The position numbers were made by a program, and so were the translations under genes. Under the pieces are notes generated by a model, which searched no databases, was not told where the DNA came from, and saw only the letters and a list, made by a program, of their open reading frames with translations. From Ginglymostoma cirratum (taxonomy: Eukaryota), in the NCBI GenBank assembly GCA_024137785.1, contig JAHRHZ010000289.1:35942767-36006766 (forward strand): a stretch of DNA of 64,000 nt, read 5' to 3'. Shown piece after piece: positions 1-12,047 of the stretch; within the stretch, counting starts at the first letter, position 1, and every line of letters starts with the position of its first letter.

Positions 1-59
1 AGTCTCAGTCTGGAGAGGACGTCATGGCTGAGAAAAATACCAGCCAATCCAATTGCCAG

Positions 60-399
60 CATAGAATCCCTACAGTGTGGAAACAAGCCATTCAGCCCAT
101 TGAGTCCACACTGACCCTCTGATGAGCATCTCAGCTAGACCAACCCCACTAAGTCTGCATTTCATATGGCGATTTCACTTAACTTACACACTCCTGGGCA
201 TGATGGGCAATTTAGCATGGTCAATCCACCTAACCTGCACCTCTTTGGACTATGGGTTGGAACCAGGAGCACCCGAAGGAAACCTACACGGACTCGAGGA
301 GAAAATGCAAACTCCACACAGACAGTTGCCCAAGAATGGAATCAAACCCTGGTCCCTGGTGCTGTAAGACAGCATTGTCAATTACAGAGCCACCGTGCA
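60..399 (-). mobile_element. HE1-type V-SINE (tRNA-derived head, CR1-like tail)
   Basis: Reverse complement begins GCACGGTGGCTC...CAGCACCAGGGACCAGGGTTTGATTCC (Pol III A/B-box head). It contains the V-domain TGTGTGGAGTTTGCA...GGTTAGGTGGATTG and ends in ...GGGATTCTATG. Confidence 0.85.
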
Positions 400-1124
400 G
401 CTGAATGAACATGGGATTTGAGACCAGGATTAGACCACTCAGCCTCTTGAACCAGCTCTGCCATTCAAAAACTGCCTGGTTGATCTGATTGTCACCTGAA
501 ATCCATATTCATGCTTGCCAAAATAATTTTTCACCCCTTGCTTGTCAAGAATCTTTCATCTTCTGCCTTAGAAGTACTCTGCCTCCAAAATCTTTTCTGA
601 TGAAGTGAGTTACAAAGGCTCCTAACCCTCTTTGAGAAAATAATTCTCCTAATTTTTGTCGGAAAATGTTCAGTCACAGATTGATGTCTGGCCATTTGTT
701 TTACCCAGTTCTCATTTCCATTTATCCCTTAGCTCTTCCTTCATCATCAATCCGTTCATCACTCACTAACGCCTCATTTCACAAATGGTGATAGTTCCAC
801 AAATTCTACAACAAAAAGTCATGGACCATCAAACCCACCATTATCCGTACCACAGTCCATTGAGATGGACAATAGGAAATGGGAGTGACCCAGCATTAAT
901 CTATATTCTGACCAAGAGTCAGATACATAATTGGCTTACACCTAGCAGGTTTAGTGTATATATAATGAATATCATAATGCTTCAGTGTATCCAATCCCAC
1001 GTATATCAAATTACCTCCCACTCAGTGTATTTTGAACATATGAACAAAGAGCAGAAGGAGGCCATTCAGCCTCCACCATTTATGAAGATCATGGCTGATC
1101 TAATTGTGACTTGTTTAAAAAAAA

Positions 1125-1450
1125 ATTGTTCAAGGGATGTGGACATGGTTGGCTAGACCAGCATTTAATGCCTATCCCTAATTGCTCAGAGGCCAATTAA
1201 GAGTCAACCAAATTACTGTGGGACTGGAGTCACATGTAGGCCAGACCAAGTTAAGGATGGCATTTTCCTTTCCTAAAGGACAGTAGTGAACCAGGTGTGT
1301 CTTTCCTCACAATCAGCAAAGTTTCATGGTCATCATTCGACTCTTCATGATTTTTATTGAATTTAAATTCCACCATGATCCCCAAAACATTACCTGGGAT
1401 GCTGGATTAAAAGACTAGTGATAACGTCACTAAGCCATCACTTCCCCCCA
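1125..1450 (-). mobile_element. tRNA-head SINE with 3' tail shared with the L2/CR1-group LINE (SINE-B)
   Basis: Homologous to 31310-31605 and 56685-56995. Has the GGCCTACATGTGACTCCAG core and a GGCATTAAATGCTGG...CACATCCC tail matching the LINE end at ~28600-28650. Confidence 0.7.
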
Positions 1451-1619
1451 AGTCCAGTTTCCCAGCTTCCCTGATGACCTGCCATAGCAATATTGAAAAT
1501 AGGAGCAGAAACAGGCCACCCAGACCCTCAAGCCCACCATGACCATAGCTGACCATCCAAACCAGCAGCCTGCTTCCACTCCGCTCCCCTGCCATACTCC
1601 CAACCCCACCATCCCCAAG

Positions 1620-2680
1620 ATTTCTTTGTAAACCCATCCTGAAAACACTCAGTGCCTCCATTGCAGAGAATTCAATAGACTCACCATTCTCTGGATGAAG
1701 AATTCCCTCCCCATCTCAGTCTCAAGTGGCCCATCTTGCAACTCTCAACAATGATGACCTGGCCATCAGGAGCATCCCTTCACCCTGTCCTTGCCAAAAA
1801 CCTGTACATTTCTACCTTAAATCTATGTCAAGACTCTTCTTCCAATACCTTTTCAGAAAGAGAGTTTACAAGACTCATGACCCTCTGAGAGAAAACAGTT
1901 TACCTCATCGTTGCTTTAATAGATGAACAGTTTGAAATTGTGACCCCCAGTTATAGATTCTCCCAAAAAAGAAAGCATTTTCTCCACATCAACGTTGTCA
2001 AGACCCCTCAGGATCTTAAATATTTCAATCAAGTTACCCTTTGCTTTTCTAAATGCCAGCAAGTGCAAGCCTAGACTGTCCAACTTCTCCTTACATAACA
2101 ATCCATCCATTCCAGGTATTTATATTCGAATGCATTTATATTCCAAAGGACTATAGGGCAGAAGACATTGGATCAAAATTAGGCCATGCGGCACATTGAG
2201 TCTGCTCTGTCATTCAATCATGGCTGATAAGTTTCTCAACCCCATTCCCCTGCCTTCTCCCTATAATCCTTGATCCCCTTCCTAATCAAGAACTTCTCTA
2301 TCTCTGTCTTAAATATACTTAATGACTTGGTCTCCGCAGCATTCAGCAGTAAAGTGTTCCAGAGATTAACCAGCTTCTGGCTGAAGAAATTCTTTCTCGT
2401 CTCAGTTCTAAAGAGTCATCCCTTCACTCTGAGGCTGTGCCCTCAGCTCCTGGTCTCTCCTACTCATGAAAACTTCTTTTCCACATCTACATCATCCATG
2501 GCTCATAGTATTCTGTAAGTTTCAATGAGATCCTACCTCATCCTTCTAAACTCAATTTAGTACAGACCCAGTGTCCTCAACTGCTACTCATATGGCAAGC
2601 CTTTCATCCCCTGGATCATTCTTGTAGACTTTCTCTGGGCCCCCTCTAATGCCAGCTTAGATGCAGGGCCCAAAACTGTT
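1620..2680 (-). mobile_element. Cluster of decayed CR1 LINE 3' fragments
   Basis: Minus ORF 1916-2110 reads KGNLIEIFKILRGLDNVDVEKM, the CR1 ORF2 C-terminal RGDLIExxKI motif. Further CR1 3' UTR pieces lie at 2155-2680. Confidence 0.7.
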
Positions 2681-3938
2681 CAAAAATATCAGGGACTCTG
2701 GGTTTACTAGTCCTAAAAATTTCCATTATGCCACAGTGTACCCTGATTCAAATTCCATTATCTGCTATGATGGGATTTGAACCTGTGTCCCCAGGACATT
2801 ACTTAAGTTTCTGGGTTAATTGTCAAGTAAAAATACCACTGGGCCATCATCTCCCCCTTCCTCATCAAGCAAGATAACCAATACTGTACATAATATTCCA
2901 GATCTGGTGCCTGTACAACTGATTATTATAAACATTAATTAACATTGTTTACAAATAATATCATTTAAAACTAAAATAATCTGAACGACAAATTATGAAA
3001 AAGGTGCACTCAATTCCATAATTGCAACAAATTGTTCATTTGTGACATTTAGGTTTGTGGCTCTGGCATGGTCCTTAAGTTATCACTTACACTTCTTTAT
3101 GCCCATGGAAAAAAACACAGCACCGCCAATGCTAAAGAGAGGACCGTAATCCAAACTAAAATAAATTCCAGCTCATATTCTTTCTTCTGCTGTCTGGCAT
3201 TATGCTACTTTCTTTATTCCTTAATAACTATAATCCATCTTTTTCAGTATCTATCCATATCTGCTTATTGATCACGGTTTTCAGCTATCTAACATTCATC
3301 CCTGTCTGCCTTGTTGATCATTCCATTCTTCTATAACCTGGTAATCCCTCCATATATCTATCCACACATGTCAATGCAATCCTTATTGTGTTTCTCTGAT
3401 GGTAGCTCTTTTGCATATAGCTGGTTCTCACTTTATTGTCTCTATGTTATTAATCAGACATTCCTGAGGAGGTATATGCACGCACAAGCTAATACTGATT
3501 TTTCATTTTAAATGTATGTGATTGAAAATGTAACCTAGGCTGGCAATCTCAATGATAATACTAAGGGAATGCTGCAAAGATGGAGAGTCAGTATTGAGGG
3601 ACCAGCACACTAGCAGAGACTGGTGTGCTGGAAGTCAGCCTAAAACAATAAACCAATGTGGGCTAGGTGCTAAGCTGAGCACCACAACTGAATTCAGGGC
3701 CAACAGGCTGGTTGTAATGTTTGAGGGGGAGTTTTATCCCTAATAAATAGACATTCTTCCAAGTGCTTTGACCCTCAAGCAGTGTTTAATTATATCTAGC
3801 CAAAATTTCATAGCCTGGTACAGAGTTCCACATCATAGAGATATTATGGTCAGACCTTCAAGACTGGATATATGTGTTCGACTTCTTCAAGCCATTGCAA
3901 AAACTGTCTGACAGAAGACTAATCAGGCATATTAGGCA

Positions 3939-4070
3939 GAGATAGCAGGAACTGCAGACGCTGGAGAATCTGAGATAACAAAGTGCAGAGCTGAATGAAC
4001 ACAGCAGGCCAAGCAGCATCACATGCTGCTTGGCTTGCTGTGTTCATCCAGCTCTGCACCTTGTTATCCT
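3939..4070. mobile_element. Short inverted (hairpin) PLE-terminus insertion
   Basis: Arms ~3975-4019 and ~4023-4068 are reverse complements. Flanked by AGGCA(T/C)ATTAGGCA at 3925-3938 and 4071-4084. Confidence 0.8.
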
Positions 4071-4529
4071 AGGCACATTAGGCAATTTGGAAACCAATGT
4101 TGTTGGTGTTGATCACATTGCTGTGAATTTCTTTGGTCAGAAAAATAGGTTCAAATTAATGTTTGTTGAGAAACTACTTAAAAATTTGAATCTGGCTCTT
4201 TCACAACCTGATAAATGAGCTTGAGTCTCCTCATGTGTTCCATTGTGTTCGTGCCACAACTCCAGCAGAAATCACCTGTAGAAAGTATGGACTTGAATGT
4301 GTTGGATCTCTCCTTACTCTGTCAATTACCACTGGACATCATAAGATGCAGGAATGTACTGTTGTCTTTTTTTAAGCCAGCAATCACAAAGAAAGGAACA
4401 AAAATCCATTTCAACATTCTTACACAAAGTGCTGAATGGAGAATGAGTAGACTCTCGAGGGGTACACTAGATGGAGTATCAATGTTTCTTCTTCAATTTT
4501 GAGAAAACAACAGGTTCTACTCATAGACA

Positions 4530-4660
4530 AAGACAAAAGGTACTGCAGATGCTGGAGAATCCGAGACAACAAGCATGGGGCTGGATGAACACAGCAGGTC
4601 AAGCAGCATCATAGGAGCAGGAAAACTTGACGTTTCGGGCCTAAACCCTTCATCAGAAAT
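4530..4660 (-). mobile_element. Penelope-like element terminal repeat (pLTR) fragment, family 1
   Basis: Same GATGAACACAGCAGG(C/T)CAAGCAGCATC repeat as the copy attached to a GIY-YIG C-terminal remnant in the 51.2-51.6 kb element. Confidence 0.8.
4629..4656 (-). ncRNA. Minimal type I hammerhead ribozyme core (best-preserved copy)
   Basis: Minus strand reads CUGAUGA-A-GGGU(UUAG)GCCC-GAAAC-GUC. It has the full catalytic core, a 4-bp stem II and a palindromic ACGU stem III. Activity is untested. Confidence 0.6.
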
Positions 4661-5787
4661 AGTTTTTGCTATATATATCCATATGCATGAGCCTCCAAAC
4701 AACTCTATTGCTGATTATATCCTGTTCTATTTGTTCTTATTTAGAAATTCTGACGGTGATGGATGGAGCTGGAATCTAATCTTCTCTCATTGTAAAATTT
4801 TATTCACAGAGATACACATTACATTTGCATTACACTGGATAAACATTTGTTGACTATTAACTTTATGTCATTAAAATCTTTTTTGTGTGTAATTTGAGAC
4901 TTGATAGGTAGTAAGTGTGACAGGGTGTTCCTTGTTTCATTTTTAAGTCTCTCTCAGACTAATTGATAGAGGTCAATTGCTGCAACTGGTCAATTATGCC
5001 ACCATCATTGTACCCTGCAATTCCCAGAATTTCAAGGTGATCTAGGTGGACCTCAGTCAACCTTTGCCCGTCCATTTCTATACTGTGATTATTCTCTGTC
5101 AGTTTTGAATAACTTAGCTATGTTCTTTTGCTTTCCTTCTGATTTTCTTTGACATCACATTGGATTGTTGTTGTCCATTTCAGTCGTTGATTTGTGTTTG
5201 TGTGGTCCTAGAGTCCACTAAGGATATTAAGGAATCAAATAAGGTTTACCTCCATTTATCTTTTAATGTTGCAGCCTGTCTTTTGTTATTTTCCTGGATT
5301 CTCTGATTTTTTTTTTGCTAGCTTACTAGTTGCACTCTTTGCTATGAATTAGAAAATAAGGATTGAAACACTAATTCCAATATCTGAAATATAATCTAGG
5401 TTAACAGGTCAGTGTAGTAGCAATACTGTACTTACAAAGGTGTTGACTTCTATATGGACCTTGGGGACATTGTTTTATGTCCTTGAAACAAATTCTTAAA
5501 CACTGGGAGATGATTTTTACCAGGTTTCCTGGAAGCTAACCTTACTACTTCTGGTATGCTTAGTTTGGGATTGTGAAAGTCAACAACACCAGCCATGCCT
5601 TTACAATTGCAAAATCTAGGCATAATTAACAAAAAGTGCTTCTAATAAACAAAGATAAAGGAAGATAAAAAAAATACGTTTCTATTTATAGATCAACTTT
5701 CTCAGCTGCAGAATTTTTCAAAGTGTTTTGAGCCAATTAAGTACTTTTGAAGTTTGTTCACCGGTTCAAGACATCTCTGATGTCTAT

Positions 5788-6280
5788 TAAAAGCAAAATT
5801 CTGTGGATGCTGGCAATCTGGAATCTAAACAGAAAATGCTGTTTAAACACAACACAACAGGTCAAGCAGAATTTGTGGAGAGAGAAACAGTTAATGTTTT
5901 GAGTCTGATATGACAATGTAGACATAGAATATCCAGTCCTGGCAACATAGAATCCCTACAGTGTGGAAACAGGCCCTTCAGCCCAACAACCATCAAAGAA
6001 TCCCCCACTGACCCATCCCTGAACACTATGGGCAATTTAGCATGGCCAATCCACCTAGCCTGCACATCTTTGGACTGTGGGGGGGAACCGGAGCTCCTGG
6101 AGAAAACCCATACAGACACGGGGAGAATGTGCAAACTCCACACAGTCAGTTGCCCGAGGGTGGAATCCATCCCAGGTCCCTGGCACTGTGAGGCAGCAGT
6201 GCTAACTACTGAGCCACTATGACTCTTTGAAAGTCATGAAAAGTCATATCGGACTTGATATCTTAACTCAATCTCTGACG
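5788..6280. mobile_element. Inverted PLE-terminus remnant (GAGUC/GACUC stem II family) interrupted by an HE1 SINE
   Basis: GTTAATGTTTTGAGTCTGATATGAC at ~5890-5914 resumes as TATGACTCTT at 6218. An inverted AGTCATATCGGACTTG copy follows at ~6242. Confidence 0.55.
5946..6217 (-). mobile_element. HE1-type V-SINE
   Basis: Close match to the HE1 head and V-domain (GTGGCTCAGTAGTTAGCACTGCTGCCTCACAGTGCCAGGGACC on the minus strand). Confidence 0.88.
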
Positions 6281-7134
6281 TCTGTTCGCTCACCAGTTGA
6301 ATTCAAAGTGGGCATTACTCTCGATCTCTAGCTTACCCTGGAGCTGCAGATTTGTCAGCTCATCTATTACAATGTCTAAAATGCTTTGTGTTATTATTTG
6401 AAAAAGTCTTCATGTTTAATGCTGCCCACGATGCTTTAAAAGGGATTCATTGTCCTCAACATTCAGCTGTATGTTTTCCTTGAAGCTTTCCGTGTTACCA
6501 GAAAGTTTGTCTCATTCGGAGTGGAATTAAAAGTTCAGAGCCCACACAAATCACCATGTTGTGTATGCTGCTATCTGTATATGGGGTTTTTAGATAATCT
6601 AGCATGTGCAATGTTTCTTTAGACCTAAGAATAAGAATCTTGCTGAGTAAATTTGGTGCAGACAGAATGAACTGACTGACCTCATTCTGCATCGTGATAA
6701 TTCTGTGATTCTCTAAACAACTTGTGGCTTATTTCTTCCCTATGCCATTTGCCATTTACAAGGATAGGGTTTACATTACTCTAAAGCCTGTAACGAGGAC
6801 TTAGCCTTAGGTGTGTCTTGCACAAGATCCTACTTTACTTTCCTACTAGGTCCCCACAACATCATCATAGTAGGTGTGCTTCTTGCATTCAGTGAAGTAT
6901 TAATGCTTTCAAACCTTTCCAGACACCTATACAACCAAAGACGGTGGTGACTCTAAAGTTGTGTTCATGTGAATTGATGCTAGAGTTCAAGGAGCGGATA
7001 AGAAAACATTACAATTACATTGCCTTAAAGTGTGGCAATGGTAACTTTAAAGATTGTGAGAAATTGTTACTATCCATTACAAAATGATGCCAACTTGATC
7101 ATCAAACTGCTTCACAACTTGAGTCCAAAATGCC

Positions 7135-7345
7135 TTTATGCTGAGGCAAAGCAGTGGCAGAGAAGGAAAGATTTGGAAACCAATCCTTCACCCAGATCCC
7201 ACGACCACATGGGATGTCTTGCCCCATGTGTCTAAAGTTCTGTGAGTCGAGAATTGGTCTATTCAGTCACATGAAGTCCCATGACAGAAATTTACGACCA
7301 TGTGTAGACACCATCCTCAAATGGAGGAGCAGGTGACGATGATGC
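7135..7345 (+). mobile_element. RTE-clade LINE 3' end
   Basis: Translates to CPMCLKFCESRIGLFSHMKSH, the RTE-type C-terminal SRIGLxSH motif, followed by a short (GAT)n-like tail. Confidence 0.7.
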
Positions 7346-7778
7346 TTTAGTATATTCTATTAAATTTGCATATTCAATATATTAAATGGTGCTTGAAAAC
7401 ATTGTGATTTAAAAAAAAAGCAACAAAGCAACATTTGAGGAGCTTTGAAATTAACCACATCAAGATGTTAAGATTCTACACATTTTTAGAAAACACGCGA
7501 AGTCAAGACTTACTTTCTCTCCTATCAAGGTCCATTACTCCTCCCCGGCATACACTATAGGCAGCAACAGTGAGCTGTAGCACCAGTGGCTTTCTATTCT
7601 TTCTTCATGATTTGTATGAAATTAATGACGAGCGTTTCTTTTATTTTATTGAGTTTGCTTTGACACTGACATGCAAGATATTTCAGAAGATTATCAGCAA
7701 TGAACCTCATCAGTAATAATGATTTAAAGTCTTTATCCGATTGTCTAAAATAGTCAGTAGTCTTAATACATCAACAAT

Positions 7779-7850
7779 CCTTCAGAACGTCAGCTTTCCT
7801 GCTCCTCTGATGCTGCTTGGCCTGCTGTGTTCATCCAACTCTACTCCTTG
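7779..7850 (+). mobile_element. Short PLE pLTR fragment, family 1
   Basis: CTTTCCTGCTCCTCTGATGCTGCTTGGCCTGCTGTGTTCATCC, flanked by TCAACAAT at 7771-7778 and 7851-7858. Confidence 0.75.
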
Positions 7851-9099
7851 TCAACAATGTTGTTATGATTGATTTCTGTGGTAATGGAAAATAGTTATCA
7901 CTAATTGTCCAATATAAATGCTTACTCCCCACCAGTGGGGAGGACTGTGTATCGGGGCTCAACAAAAGCTGAGAAAATGTGGGTTTTAAGAGCTTCTTAA
8001 AGGAGAATGAAAATCTGAAGAGGGGGTGGGTTTAGAGAGCCAATGCAGAGCAGGGAGCCTAAGTGGCTAAAGACATAATAAGATACAATACTATTGCATA
8101 AGCAATATGCAGTATTTTATGTAAATATAAAAGCTTTTTGAAGGACTTATATGTCTGCCCAATCTGCAGTGTTATCTTCTATTACTTATAATAATGGACA
8201 AAGTCACTTGTGCCCTTGAAAAGCTTTCTACCAGCGTTAACCTTCTTTGCAGAGGCTTATAAGGGTTCTGCAAAGTTGCTAAGTGATCCACACATATTTG
8301 CCTTTGTGCCCTTAAATATGCAACAACAAGTCCAGGGAATGCTGTGGCCACTTCAGAAATCACCACTAATAAACAGAACCCTCCCATCCCCATAAATTGC
8401 TGACTGTGGTATTGGATAACCATGTTATGTAAATGCAGAAGACAACAATGATGATGAAAAGCAGATTAATCATCTCTAGGACTAATAGTCATCAACCTTC
8501 AAATGAAGGTATGAACCACAGACAAAACATCCCACGCTTTTTCTCCAGGGCTCGAAAATAGTTAATGTTACCTATGAGTGTGAATAGTGTAGCATGTGTA
8601 ACATGTTCGATTTGCAAACATGGTTGCAAAATTGCAAGAGAAGCCCAACAAAACAATTCTTTTTATCTTGAGTTAAATTACAGTTATTGAATAAGTTTTT
8701 GCCTCTTCTCTCTGATCCAACAGGTAACCGATAATTATTAGGTTAGACAGTGACTATTCTACCAGAAGGTGAATAATCTGTTTGGCATTTCTAAGTGGTG
8801 TTGATGTGGAAACATTTGAATGAGAAGCTTTATATACGTATAGGATGAAGACTTATTCCATTTATACAATTGTAGTCCCATTAACATTGATTATATTTAC
8901 AAATTAATGTCTGAGTCCATACATGTGACTTGTAAGCTCTGATATTTGAACTCAGGATCTCTTGAACAATATGAACTTTCACAGGCGCAAGTGATATTAA
9001 TTCTCTAATACTTGCGCACTTTGAATGTTAGTCAGGGTGACAGGATGTTTATCATTATGGTGGCATGGCAAATTAATAAATATATTAAATATATATTTT

Positions 9100-9400
9100 A
9101 TATATCAGAAGGAGCAAAGTATAAAAGTACAAAAGCTATTCTAAATATTTATGTGACATTGGATAGGCCTCAGCTAGAGTATTATGCCCAATTCTTGGCA
9201 TCACACTATAGGCATGTCACCAAGCACTTCAAAAGTGTGGAGAGGAGATTGGTCAGAGGATACCAGAGTTGGAAGACTTCAGTTACGTAATGAAACTGGA
9301 TAAGTTGGGATTGCTGCTCAGAGCAGAGAAAGTTAAAGAGAAATTTATTAGAAACATTCAAAGTCTTAAAACATTTTAATAGAGTCAGCTTGACACCATT
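9100..9400 (+). mobile_element. Old CR1 LINE fragment
   Basis: Translates to YVTLDRPQLEYYAQFLASH, the CR1 LVRPHLEY motif. Confidence 0.7.
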
Positions 9401-9404
9401 CAAA

Positions 9405-10130
9405 ACAGAGTCAAAGAGTCATACAGCATGAAAACAGACTTTTCGATCCCATTAGTCCACGCTGACCATGTTTCTAAACTAAACGCGTCCTGCCTGCCTG
9501 CAGTTGGCCCATATCTCTCCAAACCTTTCCTATTCACATGCTCATCCAAATGTCTTTTAAATGTTTTAACTGCACCTGCAGCCACCTCTTGCCCTGGCAG
9601 TACATTCTACACACTAACCACCTTCTGTATAAAAAAGTTGCCCCTCACATTCTTTTTAAAACTTTCTCTTCTCACCTTAAAACTATGCCCTCTAGTTTTG
9701 AACTCCTCCACCTTAGGGAAAAGACCTTTGCTATTCACCTTATCCATGCCCCTCATAATTTTATAAAACTCTATAAAAGTCACCACTCAACCTCCTACGC
9801 TCCAGTGAAAAAAGTCCCAGCCTATCCAGCCTCTCCCTCTAACTCTAACCCTCCATTCCAGGCAACATCCTGGTCAATCTTTTCTGAACCTTCTTCAATT
9901 TAGTAATATCCTTCCTATAGCAGGGCGACCAGAACTGCACACATTACTTGAGAAGTGGCCTCACTAGTGTCCTGTACAACCTCAACATGATATCCCAACT
10001 CATATGCTCAAAGGCCTGAGCAATAAAAGCAAGCTGAATACCTCTTAGCCACCCTGTCTACCTGTGAAGCAACTTTCAAAGAATTATGTACCTCAACCTC
10101 TGTGGTCTCTCTTTTCTACAACACTACCCA
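9405..10130 (-). mobile_element. CR1 (HER1-like) LINE 3' part
   Basis: Minus ORF 9400-9585 reads TFKRHLDEHVNRKGLERYG, with a CR1 3' UTR and GACTCT-type tail. Confidence 0.85.
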
Positions 10131-10149
10131 GAGTAAACTGTTCAATTGA

Positions 10150-10540
10150 CATTCCATTCAACACTTTGAAATTTCACCATTGACATACAATGGTAGCTGT
10201 ACGTAAAATGCATTGCAAATAATAACCAAGATTACTTAGGCAGCATCTTCCAAAGCTGTGATCTCTGCCACTTAGAAGGGCAAGGGTAGCAGATACATCA
10301 GAATGTTATCATCTGCAAATAACCCTTTAAGGCACACATCATCCCGGCTTGGAACTATATCATAGTTCCTTCGTGTAACTGGGTCAAAATCCTGGAACTC
10401 CCTTTCTAAAGGCACAGTGGGTGTGCCTACACTACAGGGATTGCAGCAGATCGTCACCACTTTCTCAAGAACAATTAGGGGTGGGCAGTAAATGCTGGCC
10501 CAGCCAGCAATATCTACACATCCCATGAATGAAAAAAGAA
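10150..10540 (+). mobile_element. L2/CR1-group LINE 3' end
   Basis: Matches 28300-28650 and ends GGGCAGTAAATGCTGGCC...CCCATGAATGAAAA. Confidence 0.75.
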
Positions 10541-11716
10541 AAAGACATATTCCAGGTACATAATCCAGATTTTAAAATAATTTAAATAAAGCAAACTACA
10601 AAACTTATGCTGTGATTAGAGAATTGATAGCCATCAATGCAGAGTTAATTATTCAGTGTCAGCCACCCTCAACATTATTATTACGGAGGGTAAACAGAAA
10701 ATATTTTAGGCTTCTCATTGGTAACACCAGGTCGATAAATTGATTGGCCCACATAATGTTCATTTCATATCAACATTATTATTTCCTGGAAATGCTTCTC
10801 TATCTTTGAGGTTTAGAAGATAGCAATAACAGAGCAAACTGGATAGCTGTATCAGAGATGAACAACATTCACCAGCAACGGGTAAGGACACTTACATCTG
10901 CACTTACAAATAGAGGTTTCACTTTCCTAAAGATCCAGCCAATGAGTTATGTCAGAAAAAACTGGCACCTCTAACATATAAAATGTCACAGGCTATGTCA
11001 CAAAGACACATCAAAAGATGCCAATTTGAGGTGGAGAAAGCTAATGGGTCACCTACTGAAGATCTTTACAAATATGAATGATTTTGAAGGAGTGGACGCA
11101 AAGAGAAAGCTTCCTCTTGTGGGAAGAACACACCTAGAGGCCATCAAGACTTGATGGTCACCATGAAATCCAACAGATATTCAGATGAAATCACTTCACT
11201 TAAAAAGTGGTGAGAATGTGGAACTCACAATCAGAGAGAATGGTTGAAGTGAATAGGTACATTTGAGGAGAAGCTGGATGAGCGCTTGAGGGAGAAGGCA
11301 TTAGATGTTTATGATGATATGTCGAGACAAGGAAGCACATAAACACAGGCATAGACTGGTTGGGTTAAATGGCCTTTACTGTGCAGTGTACGTTAACATA
11401 ATCATACATATTCGCATCAAAAATCATCAATTTGGTCAAAAAAGCTGGGTTCTAATGGCCATAGAAACTGATAGAATTATAGAATTTTTACAGCATGGAT
11501 AGAGGCCTTTTGGCACATCATTTCTGTGCTAGTCTTCAAGCACCTATGTATTCCAATGCTCTTTCCCAGTCCTTGGCCTATCAGTGATAGTAGCTTCTTG
11601 GCTTATTCCCACCACCCTTTTTGAATAATGGTACTACAAATAGCCATTGCCCATCCTCTGAAACCACTCTTGTGGCCAGAGAGAATTTGAAAATTAATGT
11701 CAGAGCCCCTGCAATC

Positions 11717-12047
11717 TTGAGAGCTTACAGCCATGGCCTCAACATTGACTTCACCAGCTTCAAAATCCCTCTACCCCTAGCCTTATCCCATGTCCAGCCC
11801 ACCCAATCCTCCTCGCCTCCCTCACCTGATCTAACTTGTCTGTCTTCCTACTCACCTATCTGCTCCACCCTTGCCACAGACCAATCACAATAACCCCACC
11901 TGTATCCACCTATCGCCATCTCTCCTACCCTTCCCCCAGCCTGAATCCCTCTCCCTCTATTTATTTCTGGGCTCCCCTCTCCCTCCCCATCCTGATGAAG
12001 GACCTTCAGTCCAAAACATTGACTTTCCTGCTCCTCGGATGCTGTCC
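11717..12047 (+). mobile_element. Penelope-like element 3' end: GIY-YIG C-terminus remnant plus pLTR with decayed hammerhead
   Basis: Encodes HGLNIDFTSFKI, then a pyrimidine-rich UTR, then CTGATGA-A-GGAC(CTTCA)GTCC-AAAAC-ATT at 11992-12020. Confidence 0.8.

Noticed and set aside
733-888. Possible terminal coding exon (LFLHHQ...IEMDNRKWE*)
   Set aside because: Acceptor and open frame are present, but there is no recognisable homology or partner exon.
1452-1473. Resemblance to mature miR-145
   Set aside because: Has an indel and mismatches, no hairpin partner, and abuts a SINE end.
8590-8608. Second p53-like element
   Set aside because: The CATG cores are 9 bp apart rather than 10, with several mismatches.
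10811-10881. Exon-shaped open segment (LEDSNNRANWIAVSEMNNIHQQR) before GTAAGG
   Set aside because: Weak GAG acceptor and no recognisable protein.
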